Positions 35,087-44,375 of a DNA stretch of 64,000 bases are shown here, piece by piece. The DNA is from an uncultured Geobacter sp. GTDB taxonomy: Bacteria > Myxococcota_A > UBA9160 > JADFDR01. The notes beneath the pieces are model-generated. The model searched no databases, had not been told where the DNA came from, and was given only the letters and a program-made list of their open reading frames with translations. The position numbers and the translations under genes were made by a program. The stretch lies in assembly GCA_964424225.1 (NCBI GenBank), contig CAYRID010000001.1, positions 7,369-71,368 on the forward strand. The letters are read 5' to 3'. Numbering within the stretch: position 1 is the stretch's first letter; each line of letters starts with the position of its first letter.

Positions 35087-36286
35087 CTAGTCACCCAACA
35101 ACCGCGCGTTCGAATCACTTGTGCCTTGGCGCCTGGCGCGGAGGTTGCGGACGACTTCGATCACTTGCGTGGCGACCCAGTCGATTTCTTCGTCGGTGTT
35201 GAAGCGGCCGATGCCGAAACGCAGGCTGGCTTTGGCGAGTGTTGCGGGGAGACCGAGCGCGAGAAGCACGTGACTCGGTTCGGTGGCGCTCGAGTGGCAG
35301 GCGGAGCCCGACGAGAGTGCGACTTGCGAGAAGGCGGAGAGCAGCGCGGCGCCGTCGACACCGTCGAACGCGACGTTGAGGTTGCCGACAAGCCGGCGTG
35401 TCGGATGTCCGTTGAGTGAAATTCCGTCGAGCGCTTCTTGCAAGCGCGTCCACAGGCGCTCGCGAAGTTGCCAGATGCGCCGCGCTTCGTCGGGCATGGC
35501 TTGCGCGCAAAGCTCAATGGCGCGCGCAAACCCGACGGCGAGCGGCACGGCGACGGTGCCCGAACGAAACCCGCGCTCTTGACCGCCGCCGTACAAGAGC
35601 GGGCGAAGTTTGCGGCGCGCGGCGTTGCGCAGATACAGCGCGCCGGTGCCCTTCGGTCCGTAACACTTGTGCGCCGAAAGCGAAACGAAATCGGCTTGCA
35701 TTCGGTCGACACTCATTTGTGTCTTGCCGAGCGCTTGTGCGGCGTCGCTGTGAAACAAGACGCCCGCTTCGCGGCAGATTTCCCCGATTTTTTCGACGGG
35801 TTGCAAGACGCCGATCTCGTTGTTCGCGAGCATCACCGACACCAAAATCGTATCGGGTTCGATCGCACGTGCGATTGCCTCGGGATCGACGAGGCCGCTC
35901 GCATCGACGGGCAGTACCGTCACGCGCACGCCGCGCTCTTGCAAAATCGAACAGGGATCGAGCACCGAGCGATGCTCGGTCGCGACGCTGATGATGTGCG
36001 GCGCCGGCTTGTCCGCCGCCGCGACCGCCCCAAACAAGACTGTGTTATTGCTCTCGGTCGCGCCACTCGTAAACACGATCTCGCGCGCGTCCGCAGCACC
36101 GATCGCTTGCGCCACACGCTCGCGCGCAAGGTGCAGCGCTTCCTCGGCGCGCCAACCAAAAACGTGGTTGCCGCTCGATGCATTGCCGTAATCCTGCGTG
36201 AAATACGGTTGCATCGCTTCGACGACGCGCGGATCGGTGCGCGTCGTCGCGTGATTGTCGAGATAGATCGGAAACTCGATCGCCAA
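35087..36286 (-). CDS. Cysteine desulfurase (NifS/IscS family, class V aminotransferase)
   Basis: Motif SGATESNN, PLP-lysine motif SAHKCYGPKGTGALY, and active-site SSGSACHS. Confidence 0.92.
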   Translation of the reverse strand: MAIEFPIYLDNHATTRTDPRVVEAMQPYFTQDYGNASSGNHVFGWRAEEALHLARERVAQAIGAADAREIVFTSGATESNNTVLFGAVAAADKPAPHIISVATEHRSVLDPCSILQERGVRVTVLPVDASGLVDPEAIARAIEPDTILVSVMLANNEIGVLQPVEKIGEICREAGVLFHSDAAQALGKTQMSVDRMQADFVSLSAHKCYGPKGTGALYLRNAARRKLRPLLYGGGQERGFRSGTVAVPLAVGFARAIELCAQAMPDEARRIWQLRERLWTRLQEALDGISLNGHPTRRLVGNLNVAFDGVDGAALLSAFSQVALSSGSACHSSATEPSHVLLALGLPATLAKASLRFGIGRFNTDEEIDWVATQVIEVVRNLRARRQGTSDSNARLLGD

Positions 36287-36403
36287 AAACGTTTCTCCTC
36301 GCCTTCTCTACTTGTCGTGCGCTGCCTGCGCCGTTGTGCGCGGCACCTGCCTCACAGTGCCCAGCAAACGCGCGCTAAGCGTACTGCAACTTGCCCGCCG
36401 CCG

Positions 36404-37162
36404 TCAGCGCGCCTTGCGCCGCAAATGCAAAAAAATTTCGCGGTTGCCTTTGGGGCCGGCGAGGCGCGAGTCGACGTGACCGATTTCGGTGTAACCCAAC
36501 TCTTGCGCAGCTTCGCTCACTTCGCGCAGCGCCGCTTCGCGCAGCGCGTCGTCGCGCACCACGCCGCCCTTGCCAACTTGTTCGCGGCCGACCTCGAATT
36601 GCGGCTTCACCAAAATCAGCAAATCGGCGCACGGCGCCACTTCGGCAATTTTTTCCAGAAGCAGGCGCACGGAAATGAATGAAACATCGACGGTGACGAG
36701 ATCGATCGCTTCGGGAAAATCCTTGGGCTCGAGATGACGCGCGTTGGTTTGTTCGAACACGCGCACACGCGGATCTTCACGCAGCGAAAGCGCGAGTTGA
36801 TTCGTGCCGACATCGACGGCGATCACGCGCTTGGCACCGTGTTGCAAGAGACAATCCGTAAAGCCGCCCGTCGAAGCGCCGACATCGAGCACGACCGCAT
36901 CACGCGGATCGACGCCGAGATCTTCGAGCGCGCCTTCGAGTTTATCGCCGCCGCGCGACACGTATCGGTGTTGATCGCCACGCACGCGCAAGTTCGCGTC
37001 TTCGGCCAGGCGCGTGCCGGCCTTCGTCACCGGTTGATCATCGACCAAAACGCGCCCCGCCAAAATCAGCGCTTGCGCACGCGAACGCGTTTCGGCCAAG
37101 CCTTTTTGCACGAGCAATTCGTCGAGACGCGGTTTTGGGGGTTTGCGATTTCGTTCCGTCAC
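36404..37162 (-). CDS. tlyA: TlyA-family rRNA 2'-O-methyltransferase
   Basis: S4 domain (RLDELLVQKGLAETRSRAQALILAGRV) plus the FtsJ SAM motif DVGASTGGFTDCLLQHGA. 4-nt overlap with dxs. Confidence 0.9.
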   Translation of the reverse strand: MTERNRKPPKPRLDELLVQKGLAETRSRAQALILAGRVLVDDQPVTKAGTRLAEDANLRVRGDQHRYVSRGGDKLEGALEDLGVDPRDAVVLDVGASTGGFTDCLLQHGAKRVIAVDVGTNQLALSLREDPRVRVFEQTNARHLEPKDFPEAIDLVTVDVSFISVRLLLEKIAEVAPCADLLILVKPQFEVGREQVGKGGVVRDDALREAALREVSEAAQELGYTEIGHVDSRLAGPKGNREIFLHLRRKAR

Positions 37163-39081
37163 TTTTTTGTGTTCTTCGTCGACGGCGCGCGCTGGGCACC
37201 GGCAATCTCGCGCACGGCTTGCGCGATGCCTTCGACATCGAGATCGAAACTCGAAAGCATTTTCGCCGAGTCGCCATGTTCGATCACGCGATCCGGCAAC
37301 GCCAAGATTCGCGCTTGCGCCGCCACCTGGGCTTCGGCAAGTGCTTCGAGCACCGCACTGCCAAAGCCGCCGCGCCGAGTGTTTTCTTCGACGGTGACGA
37401 TGCGACCCGTACGGCGCGCGAGCGCCAAGATTCGCTCGCGATCGAGCGGTTTTGCGAAGCGCGCATTCAAGACCGCGACCGAAAGTCCGTCGGCGGCAAG
37501 TGCCGCTGCGGCTTCGAGCGCCGAATGCACGAGACTGCCGATCGCCACGATCACCGCATCGTCGCCGTCGCGCAAAAGTTCCGCCTCACCGACGGGCAGA
37601 GCTTTGATGGTCTGATCGAACGGCACACCAAAACCCGCGCCACGCGGATAGCGCACGGCCGCCGGGCCCGGATAGGCGATCGCCGTCGCAAGCATGTGTT
37701 GGAGTTCATTTTCGTCTTTGGGCGCCATCACGATCATGTTCGGCAGGCTTCGCAAATACGAAAGATCGTATTGCCCTTGATGGGTGGCGCCGTCGTTGCC
37801 GACGAGACCCGCGCGATCGATCGCAAACGTCACGTCGAGATTCTGCAAGCACACGTCGTGAATCATCTGATCATAAGCGCGCTGCAAGAACGTCGAGTAA
37901 ATCGCCGCGACCGGCTTCATACCCTCGGAAGCAAGCCCCGCCGCAAACGTCACGGCATGTTGCTCGGCAATGCCGACATCGTAATAACGATCGGGGAAGC
38001 GTTCTTGGAAGCGATCGAGACCCGTGCCCGGCCCCATCGCCGCCGTGATCGCCACGATGCGCTCGTCTTTTTCCGCGAGTCGAATCAGGGCATCGGAAAA
38101 CACTTTGGTGTAGGACGGCGGACCCGACTTGGAAGCCGCAAATTCGCCCGATGCCACATCAAACTTGGTGACGCCGTGATACTTGAGCGGATCGCGCTGC
38201 GCCGGTTCGTAACCGTAACCTTTCTGTGTCACCGCGTGCACCAAGATCGGGCCTTCGCCGTTTGCGAGCATCTGCTTCACGTTGTCGAAGGTTTCGAGCA
38301 AGACGCCAATTTGATTGCCTTCAACGGGGCCGACGTAGCGAAAGTTGAAAGCCTCAAAGAGCATGCCGGGAGTAAACAAAACTTTGACGGACTCTTCGAT
38401 CTTGTGCGCCCAGTGCGTAAGGTCACCCGGAAAGTTGCGCAAAAAATCTTTGGCCCAACCTTTGGCGCGCCGCACCGTCGGTGCCGAAAATTTTCGCGAC
38501 AAATACGAATTGAGCGCACCGACGTTCGGCGAGATCGACATCTCGTTGTCATTGAGCACCACGACTAGATTTTTCTGCTTGAGATCGCCCGCATGATTGA
38601 GCGCCTCGAACGCCATGCCGGCCGTCATCGCCCCGTCACCGATCAGTGCAATCGCACAACCGTCGCGTCCTTGATGTTGCAACGCGCGCGCGATGCCGAC
38701 GCACGCCGAAATCGAATTGCCCGCATGCCCGGAACCAAAGTGATCGTATTCGGATTCCTGGCGATTCAAGAACTTCGACATTCCACCCAGCTCGCCCATT
38801 TTGGCGAAATGCTCGCGACGGCCGGTGAGCATCTTGTGCGCATAGCCTTGATGGCCCACGTCGAGCACCAAACGATCGCGCGGTGTATCGAAGACGTAAT
38901 GAATCGCTGTGATCAATTCGAGGCTGCCGAGACTCGCCGCCAAATGTCCGCCGGTGGCCGAAACTTGAAGCAAAATTTCCGCGCGAATCTCGTCGACGAC
39001 TTGCTGCAACTCCTCACGCGACACTTTTTCGCGTAATTTCTGCGGCGAGCGAATTTGATCGAGCCACTTTGCGTTGCTCAT
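37159..39081 (-). CDS. dxs: 1-deoxy-D-xylulose-5-phosphate synthase
   Basis: Full-length DXS pattern: GGHLAASLG, DVGHQGYAHK, GHAGNSIS, IGDGAMTAGMAFEALN, AEQHAVTFAAG. Confidence 0.96.
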   Translation of the reverse strand: MSNAKWLDQIRSPQKLREKVSREELQQVVDEIRAEILLQVSATGGHLAASLGSLELITAIHYVFDTPRDRLVLDVGHQGYAHKMLTGRREHFAKMGELGGMSKFLNRQESEYDHFGSGHAGNSISACVGIARALQHQGRDGCAIALIGDGAMTAGMAFEALNHAGDLKQKNLVVVLNDNEMSISPNVGALNSYLSRKFSAPTVRRAKGWAKDFLRNFPGDLTHWAHKIEESVKVLFTPGMLFEAFNFRYVGPVEGNQIGVLLETFDNVKQMLANGEGPILVHAVTQKGYGYEPAQRDPLKYHGVTKFDVASGEFAASKSGPPSYTKVFSDALIRLAEKDERIVAITAAMGPGTGLDRFQERFPDRYYDVGIAEQHAVTFAAGLASEGMKPVAAIYSTFLQRAYDQMIHDVCLQNLDVTFAIDRAGLVGNDGATHQGQYDLSYLRSLPNMIVMAPKDENELQHMLATAIAYPGPAAVRYPRGAGFGVPFDQTIKALPVGEAELLRDGDDAVIVAIGSLVHSALEAAAALAADGLSVAVLNARFAKPLDRERILALARRTGRIVTVEENTRRGGFGSAVLEALAEAQVAAQARILALPDRVIEHGDSAKMLSSFDLDVEGIAQAVREIAGAQRAPSTKNTKK

Positions 39082-39947
39082 CGCTCCCTCCGCACCGAAA
39101 ATTCCGCGAGCGCGCGCAAGGCCGCCCCGCGTGCGCCAAACCCTGCGATTTCGTCGAACGCTTGCGCGAGCAACGCCTCACATCGCGCGCGCGCCGCCAC
39201 CACACCCAGCACGCGCACCGACGAGCAAGCTTCTTCGCTCTCTTCGTCGAGCAGATCATCCGCAATCTGGAACGCAAGCCCCGTGCACTCACCAAAATGC
39301 TGCAAGCGTTTGAGCGTGAGCGCATCGGCACCCGCGAGCCGCGCGCCACCGACGATCGCCACCGCGATCAACGCCGCAGTCTTGCGTCGCTGCACCGATT
39401 CGAGCCGCTCAGCATCGAAGTCGTCCGCACCAAATACGATGTCGTCGGCTTGCCCGCCCACGAGATTCAAATCCCCCGCCGCACGCGCCAAGTCGTGCGC
39501 CGTCGCCAGCAACGCCTCCGTCGACACATTTTCACGTTGCTGAGTCAGCACTTCGAACGCCAGCGCCTGCAAAGCGTCGCCCGCAAGCACCGCGATCGCT
39601 TCGCCGTACGCGACATGCACCGTCGGTTGCCCGCGCCGCTCGTCGTCGTCATCCATACACGGAAGATCGTCATGGATCAGCGAATAGGTGTGGATCAATT
39701 CGACGGCCACCGCGATCGGAAGCGCCTGCTCCGCACGCCCTCCGACGGCTTCGGCCGCCGCAATCGCCAGCACGGGGCGAAAGCGCTTGCCACCCGGAAA
39801 TAACAAGTGGCGGATCGCTTGCGCAAGTACACCCGCGTCGTGTGACACCAAAAAGTGTTCTAGAAACCGATTGACCAGACCTGCACGCGCTTCGATGTAG
39901 GCTTGCAAATCAAATTCGTCCACACTGCACTGTGTTGCGGGGGTCAT
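39078..39947 (-). CDS. ispA: Polyprenyl (farnesyl/geranyl) diphosphate synthase
   Basis: First Asp-rich motif is LIHDDLPCMDDDDERRG and the second is FQIADDLLD. 4-nt overlap with dxs. Confidence 0.9.
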   Translation of the reverse strand: MTPATQCSVDEFDLQAYIEARAGLVNRFLEHFLVSHDAGVLAQAIRHLLFPGGKRFRPVLAIAAAEAVGGRAEQALPIAVAVELIHTYSLIHDDLPCMDDDDERRGQPTVHVAYGEAIAVLAGDALQALAFEVLTQQRENVSTEALLATAHDLARAAGDLNLVGGQADDIVFGADDFDAERLESVQRRKTAALIAVAIVGGARLAGADALTLKRLQHFGECTGLAFQIADDLLDEESEEACSSVRVLGVVAARARCEALLAQAFDEIAGFGARGAALRALAEFSVRRER

Positions 39948-39995
39948 TCGTTCGCCTTAGGATCTTTGAGCACGCGCCGGCCACTCAGCAAGCGC

Positions 39996-40319
39996 TCAAA
40001 AGGGACTTGCGTCATCGTCGCCCGTCTCGGTGTTTTCGAGCGCGCGCGTAAAGAGCTCGCCACCTTCGCGTGTCAGCACTTCGATTCGCTGTTCGGCCGC
40101 ATCAAGCTGCTTGGCGCAGTCCTTTGCGAGTTGCACGCCCGCCTCGAACTCGCTCAGCGTCTCTTCCAAACTGAGATCACCTTGTTCGAGCCGATTGACG
40201 ATTTCTTCCAAGCGTTCGATCGAAGACTCAAAAGAAAGCGCTTCACCTTCCGCGTTCGCGGCAGCTCCCGTTTGCGTCGATTTCCGTTTCATTTTTTCGC
40301 GATTCGTCGGCTCGGCCAT
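39996..40319 (-). CDS. xseB: Exodeoxyribonuclease VII small subunit
   Basis: Matches SFESSIERLEEIVNRLEQGDLSLEETLSEFEAGVQLAKDC. Confidence 0.9.
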   Translation of the reverse strand: MAEPTNREKMKRKSTQTGAAANAEGEALSFESSIERLEEIVNRLEQGDLSLEETLSEFEAGVQLAKDCAKQLDAAEQRIEVLTREGGELFTRALENTETGDDDASPF

Positions 40320-40385
40320 GGCGGAGCGATCCTAACTAGGGGGGCGACAGGCGTCAAACCGCGTTTCGTAAAATTCCATGAAAGA

Positions 40386-41921
40386 TCAATGGGTTTCTGA
40401 ATCGAGCAAAAGCTTTCGTGCCGCAGTGACCGTGGCATCGACCTCGCCGTTCGCGACCCGAATGCGCAGTGCTTCGCCCGGTGCGATCGCGCGCACATCG
40501 CTCAAGACCGCACCGTCGGTCAACCGGCGCGCAATCGCGTACCCTCGGGAAAGCACGGCCAATGGCGAAAGTGCGTCCAGGCGCGCAGCGGCTTGAGCCA
40601 GTCGCGCCCGCCGCTTCTCGCTTTGTGCGCTAGCGCGCCAGGCAATCTCTCGGCTCACGACGTCGAGCCGTTGACGCGTCGTGTGCAAACGAATCGTCGG
40701 GCTCAGCATGCGCAAAGCGAGGCTCCTTTGCGCGAGACGCTGCCGAGCCAGTAAGTGCCGCTGCTCTGCACCGTGCACAAACGTGCGAAAGAGCACTCCA
40801 AGGTTTTGACGTTCTGCATGCAAACGCGCAGTCGGATTCAAAATGCGAAGCCCAAGGTTGCTTCGCGTGAGACGCCCGCGTGCAGCAAGGCGTTGCTTGG
40901 CGATGCCGTGCAAAAGCGCACGCAATGCCGAGTCGAATTGCGCGCGCTGTGCATGCAGTCGTGTGCGCGGCGACAAAGAGCGAAGCGTGGCCCGCCGGTG
41001 CGCAAGCTTTTCGCGTACACGGCGCAAATGCGACGTCGCGGCCCAAAGCAAACGATCTGCATCTTGGTATAAGCGCGCAAGAATTTCGCTTCGATCCGGC
41101 AGTGCAAGTTCCGTCGCTGCCGACGGAGTCGGAGCGCGCACGTCGGCCACGAGATCCGCAATGCTCACATCAATCTCGTGCCCAATTCCTGTCACCACCG
41201 GCACCGGCGCTTCATACACGGCACGCGCCACGACCTCGGTACTAAAGGGATACAAATCTTCAAACGAACCACCACCGCGCACGAGCAAAATCACGTCGAG
41301 TCCGTCGGTGGCGTGCAGCGCATAAAGATTGCGCAAGGCCTGTGCAATCTCGTTTTCGGCGCCCGCGCCTTGCACGCGTGTCGGCGACAAGATCAGCTTC
41401 GCACTTGGAAAACGTCGGCGAGAAACTTCGAGTACGTCTTGTAGCGCCGCTCCCGTCCGCGATGTCGCCACGCCCACACGTCGCGGAAATGAAGACAACA
41501 CACGTTTGTGTGACTTATCAAACAAGCCTTCTTTTTCAAGACGCGCACGTAGCTGTTCGATGGCCAGCTGCAACGCGCCGCGACCGCGTGGCTCGATCTG
41601 ACGCACAATGATTTGCAAATCGCCGCGCGTGTCGTACAGCGTCACTTCGCCGTACACGAGAACTTCCTGACCGTCTTGCAAGTCAAAGGAAAGTTTACGC
41701 GCCGCACTAAGAAACAAGACCGCGCGAAGCTGAGCCGTCGCGTCTTTGAGTACAAAGTACGAATGCCCTGAAGACGCAGCGCGCACGGTGCTGACTTCGC
41801 CACTCACCCAAACGCACCCAACCCGATTCGCCAAAAGATTTTTTAACCCTGCGACAAGTTCACTCACACGGTAAAAATGCGGCTCGACACCAGACTGTTT
41901 CGTACGCTCTTGCGGCTTCAC
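40386..41921 (-). CDS. xseA: Exodeoxyribonuclease VII large subunit
   Basis: N-terminal OB fold (VWVSGEVS...SGHSYFVLKD), GVATSRTGAALQD, RGGGSFEDL, and a long coiled C-terminus. Confidence 0.92.
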   Translation of the reverse strand: MKPQERTKQSGVEPHFYRVSELVAGLKNLLANRVGCVWVSGEVSTVRAASSGHSYFVLKDATAQLRAVLFLSAARKLSFDLQDGQEVLVYGEVTLYDTRGDLQIIVRQIEPRGRGALQLAIEQLRARLEKEGLFDKSHKRVLSSFPRRVGVATSRTGAALQDVLEVSRRRFPSAKLILSPTRVQGAGAENEIAQALRNLYALHATDGLDVILLVRGGGSFEDLYPFSTEVVARAVYEAPVPVVTGIGHEIDVSIADLVADVRAPTPSAATELALPDRSEILARLYQDADRLLWAATSHLRRVREKLAHRRATLRSLSPRTRLHAQRAQFDSALRALLHGIAKQRLAARGRLTRSNLGLRILNPTARLHAERQNLGVLFRTFVHGAEQRHLLARQRLAQRSLALRMLSPTIRLHTTRQRLDVVSREIAWRASAQSEKRRARLAQAAARLDALSPLAVLSRGYAIARRLTDGAVLSDVRAIAPGEALRIRVANGEVDATVTAARKLLLDSETH

Positions 41922-41933
41922 TTCAAAATCGCC

Positions 41934-42857
41934 TTAGCAATAATTGCTATCTACACTACTTTGAGTCATCCGCAAGTGATTCAGCACATGCTGCGTCAGC
42001 ATCCGCTCTTCCGAATCCGAAAGATCGACAAAAGCAATGCCCGTCGCGGCGGGACCATTCTCGTTTTGCACTACACGGCGCACTTCGCCCAAGCAATGCA
42101 TCGGTTCGCGCGCTTCCGGCATCTCAAATTCGAGCAGTACGCGTTCGCCCATTTGTGGCGGATACCAGGTATTGACCAAAATTCCGGTTCGCGAAAGATT
42201 GCAACCAAGCCCGACCTCCGACGGAAGCCGCGGACCATCAATCGTACTCACCTTCACTGGGCCTTGAAAGTCAATGCGCGGCGGGCGCGCAAAATGCTCC
42301 GGCCCGCGAAATGCCAGATAGGCTTCGATGCGATACATCGTTTCTTCGATCGGTGCATCGCGCAGCACAGCGCCCACGACACCTTCGCGCATATAGCGCA
42401 GCATCTCCTGCGGCGTCGGACAATTTTCTTTGATGATGAAGAGTGGCAGATCGCGCCGCGAAACCTCGGCCCGCAAGCAATCGATCGATGCTTTTCCGAC
42501 GGAAGAAACCAAATCGAGATCAACGATGCCGATGCGATAGTTGCAGCCTTCGTTTTGCCAATGCTGCAAGGTGTCGCTCCAGGACTGCAACCAATCGAAG
42601 CGATAGTTTCGACGATAAAATCGCTCTTCCAGGTTTCGACAAAAAGCCGAGACCTTGGCCAGTAAGAACACGTGCTTCCGCAAATCCAACCCAGCAGGCA
42701 TCACCTTAAGATGCGCCGTTTCGCGCAAGAGGTAAACCCGAAAAGTACCGTCGCAGCAACTCAACGCACTACTGCATGCGCATGCTCGGTGCACGTTCGA
42801 TGAAGATCCTCTGCACCTTGGCATGCCACAGGGCCGCGCCATGGCGAGAATCGTCAA
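41934..42857 (-). CDS. PilZ-domain protein with a degenerate receiver-like N-terminal domain
   Basis: C-terminal PilZ-like beta-barrel (RPPRIDFQGPV...GLGCNLSRTGILV; the NxSxxG motif is present). The middle region is receiver-like (IGIVDLDL...LPLFIIKE) but lacks the acidic pocket. The start is uncertain (42857 or the ATG at 42701). Confidence 0.6.
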   Translation of the reverse strand: MTILAMARPCGMPRCRGSSSNVHRACACSSALSCCDGTFRVYLLRETAHLKVMPAGLDLRKHVFLLAKVSAFCRNLEERFYRRNYRFDWLQSWSDTLQHWQNEGCNYRIGIVDLDLVSSVGKASIDCLRAEVSRRDLPLFIIKENCPTPQEMLRYMREGVVGAVLRDAPIEETMYRIEAYLAFRGPEHFARPPRIDFQGPVKVSTIDGPRLPSEVGLGCNLSRTGILVNTWYPPQMGERVLLEFEMPEAREPMHCLGEVRRVVQNENGPAATGIAFVDLSDSEERMLTQHVLNHLRMTQSSVDSNYC

Positions 42858-42876
42858 AAGCGCCAGGCCGTGGCCC

Positions 42877-44373
42877 CTACTGCGCCGGTGCGGAGGAAGC
42901 TTGCGCCTTGAGTCGCTCGAAATATCGCCAGCTCTTCAAGACTTCGAGGGCGCGCTTGAGCTGCAAATCCCCACTCGCCGTCGGCGTCACGCCTTCTGGC
43001 GTCGACTGCACACCGCTGGCTTTTTCATTCGAGAAGTGACCTTCGAGGTCTTTCTCGCGCGGCCTCACGCCCGCTTGCGCTTCATTCGCCGCATCGGCTT
43101 GTGTCGATTCAGCAAAATCCGTGTTGGTATCGTGCACGGTGACGAGAATGTCCGGCGCAATTCCGATTTCTTGAATCGAGCGGTCTGCCGGCGTGTAATA
43201 CAACGCCGTCGTCAAACGCAGACCCGAGCCGTCGCTCAATGGATAAATCGTTTGCACCGAACCTTTGCCAAACGTCGGCGTACCCAACACCAACGCACGA
43301 TGTTGATCTTGTAGTGCACCGGCGACGATCTCCGACGCGCTCGCACTGCCTTCGTTTACGAGCACCACCAACGGATAACCGGGCTCGGTGTCTTCGGAGC
43401 GCGCCGAAAAAATCTGCGCCTGACTTTCGAGACGCCCGCGCGTTTGCACGATGACGCCGTGATCGAGCCAAAGATCTGCAACGGCGATGGCTTGCTCGAG
43501 CAAACCGCCCGGATTGTCGCGCAAATCCAGCACCAAACCGCGCAGCTCGTCCGTCGGCGGCGACTCCAATGACGAATTACTCAGTGTGGTGTCGCTTGCC
43601 GAATCATCAAGAGGCACCTTATTCGCACGCATCGCCATGGCGTTGTGCGATTCGCGGCGCAACGCTGCAAGCATATCGCGCAAGTCGGCATCGGTGCGCT
43701 CCTGAAACTGACGAATACGCAAATATGCGTATCCTGGCTCAAGAAGTTGCCCCGACACCGACACCACCTTCACGAGATCGCGCTCGATCACATAATTGTG
43801 TGGCGCTTTCCAATTTGCACGTAGAATTTGCAAAGTCAGCTTCGTTCCCTTGCGGCCGCGCATATAACGCACAGCTTCGTCAAGACTCATGACCTTCGTG
43901 CTGCGGCAGTCTTCTTCCCATTCCTTGGGTCGCAGTGTTGGACAAATTGCAACGATTTGATCTTTGGCTTGAATGCCGGCACGAAATGCCGGCGTGCCCT
44001 CGATGGCCGCAACCACTTCAATGAGCCCCGATTCCCCCTTCACAATCTCAATACCGAGGCCCGCAAACTCACCGCGCGTATCGATTTGCATCTCACGAAA
44101 TTCTTCTGGATCAAGGTAAGACGAATGCGGATCGAGAGACGACACCATACCGCGTATGGCTTCGCGAATAAGTTTACTGTCGTCGATTTCTTCTACATAA
44201 CTCTTGCGGACTAACGCCAATACACTCGAAAACAAGTCGAGCTCTTGATAAGCCGTTGCTGCGATGACACCAAAAGGAGTCGATAACACGGCGACCAGCG
44301 CGCACGCACCGACGAACAAACTCAAGATCCATTTTTTGTGCGATCGCGGCATCCGATTTCTCCCCCTATCCAT
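42877..44373 (-). CDS. S41-family C-terminal processing peptidase (Ctp/Prc-like) with PDZ domain
   Basis: PDZ segment (GLGIEIV...GTPAFRAGIQAKDQIVAI). Catalytic region GSASASEIVAGALQD and TFGKGSVQ. Confidence 0.9.
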   Translation of the reverse strand: MDRGRNRMPRSHKKWILSLFVGACALVAVLSTPFGVIAATAYQELDLFSSVLALVRKSYVEEIDDSKLIREAIRGMVSSLDPHSSYLDPEEFREMQIDTRGEFAGLGIEIVKGESGLIEVVAAIEGTPAFRAGIQAKDQIVAICPTLRPKEWEEDCRSTKVMSLDEAVRYMRGRKGTKLTLQILRANWKAPHNYVIERDLVKVVSVSGQLLEPGYAYLRIRQFQERTDADLRDMLAALRRESHNAMAMRANKVPLDDSASDTTLSNSSLESPPTDELRGLVLDLRDNPGGLLEQAIAVADLWLDHGVIVQTRGRLESQAQIFSARSEDTEPGYPLVVLVNEGSASASEIVAGALQDQHRALVLGTPTFGKGSVQTIYPLSDGSGLRLTTALYYTPADRSIQEIGIAPDILVTVHDTNTDFAESTQADAANEAQAGVRPREKDLEGHFSNEKASGVQSTPEGVTPTASGDLQLKRALEVLKSWRYFERLKAQASSAPAQ

Positions 44374-44375
44374 CT

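Noticed and set aside
35438-36682. 414-aa plus-strand ORF
   Set aside because: It is antisense to the cysteine desulfurase and tlyA genes, which have clear catalytic motifs. The product is Arg-rich and has no recognisable domain.
37135-38568. 477-aa plus-strand ORF
   Set aside because: It is antisense to dxs, which is unambiguous. This is a shadow ORF.
40612-40632. GCGCTAGCGC palindrome resembling the TTGCNCTAGNGCAA motif
   Set aside because: It lies inside the xseA coding sequence and lacks the TTGC/GCAA flanks, so it is probably coincidental.
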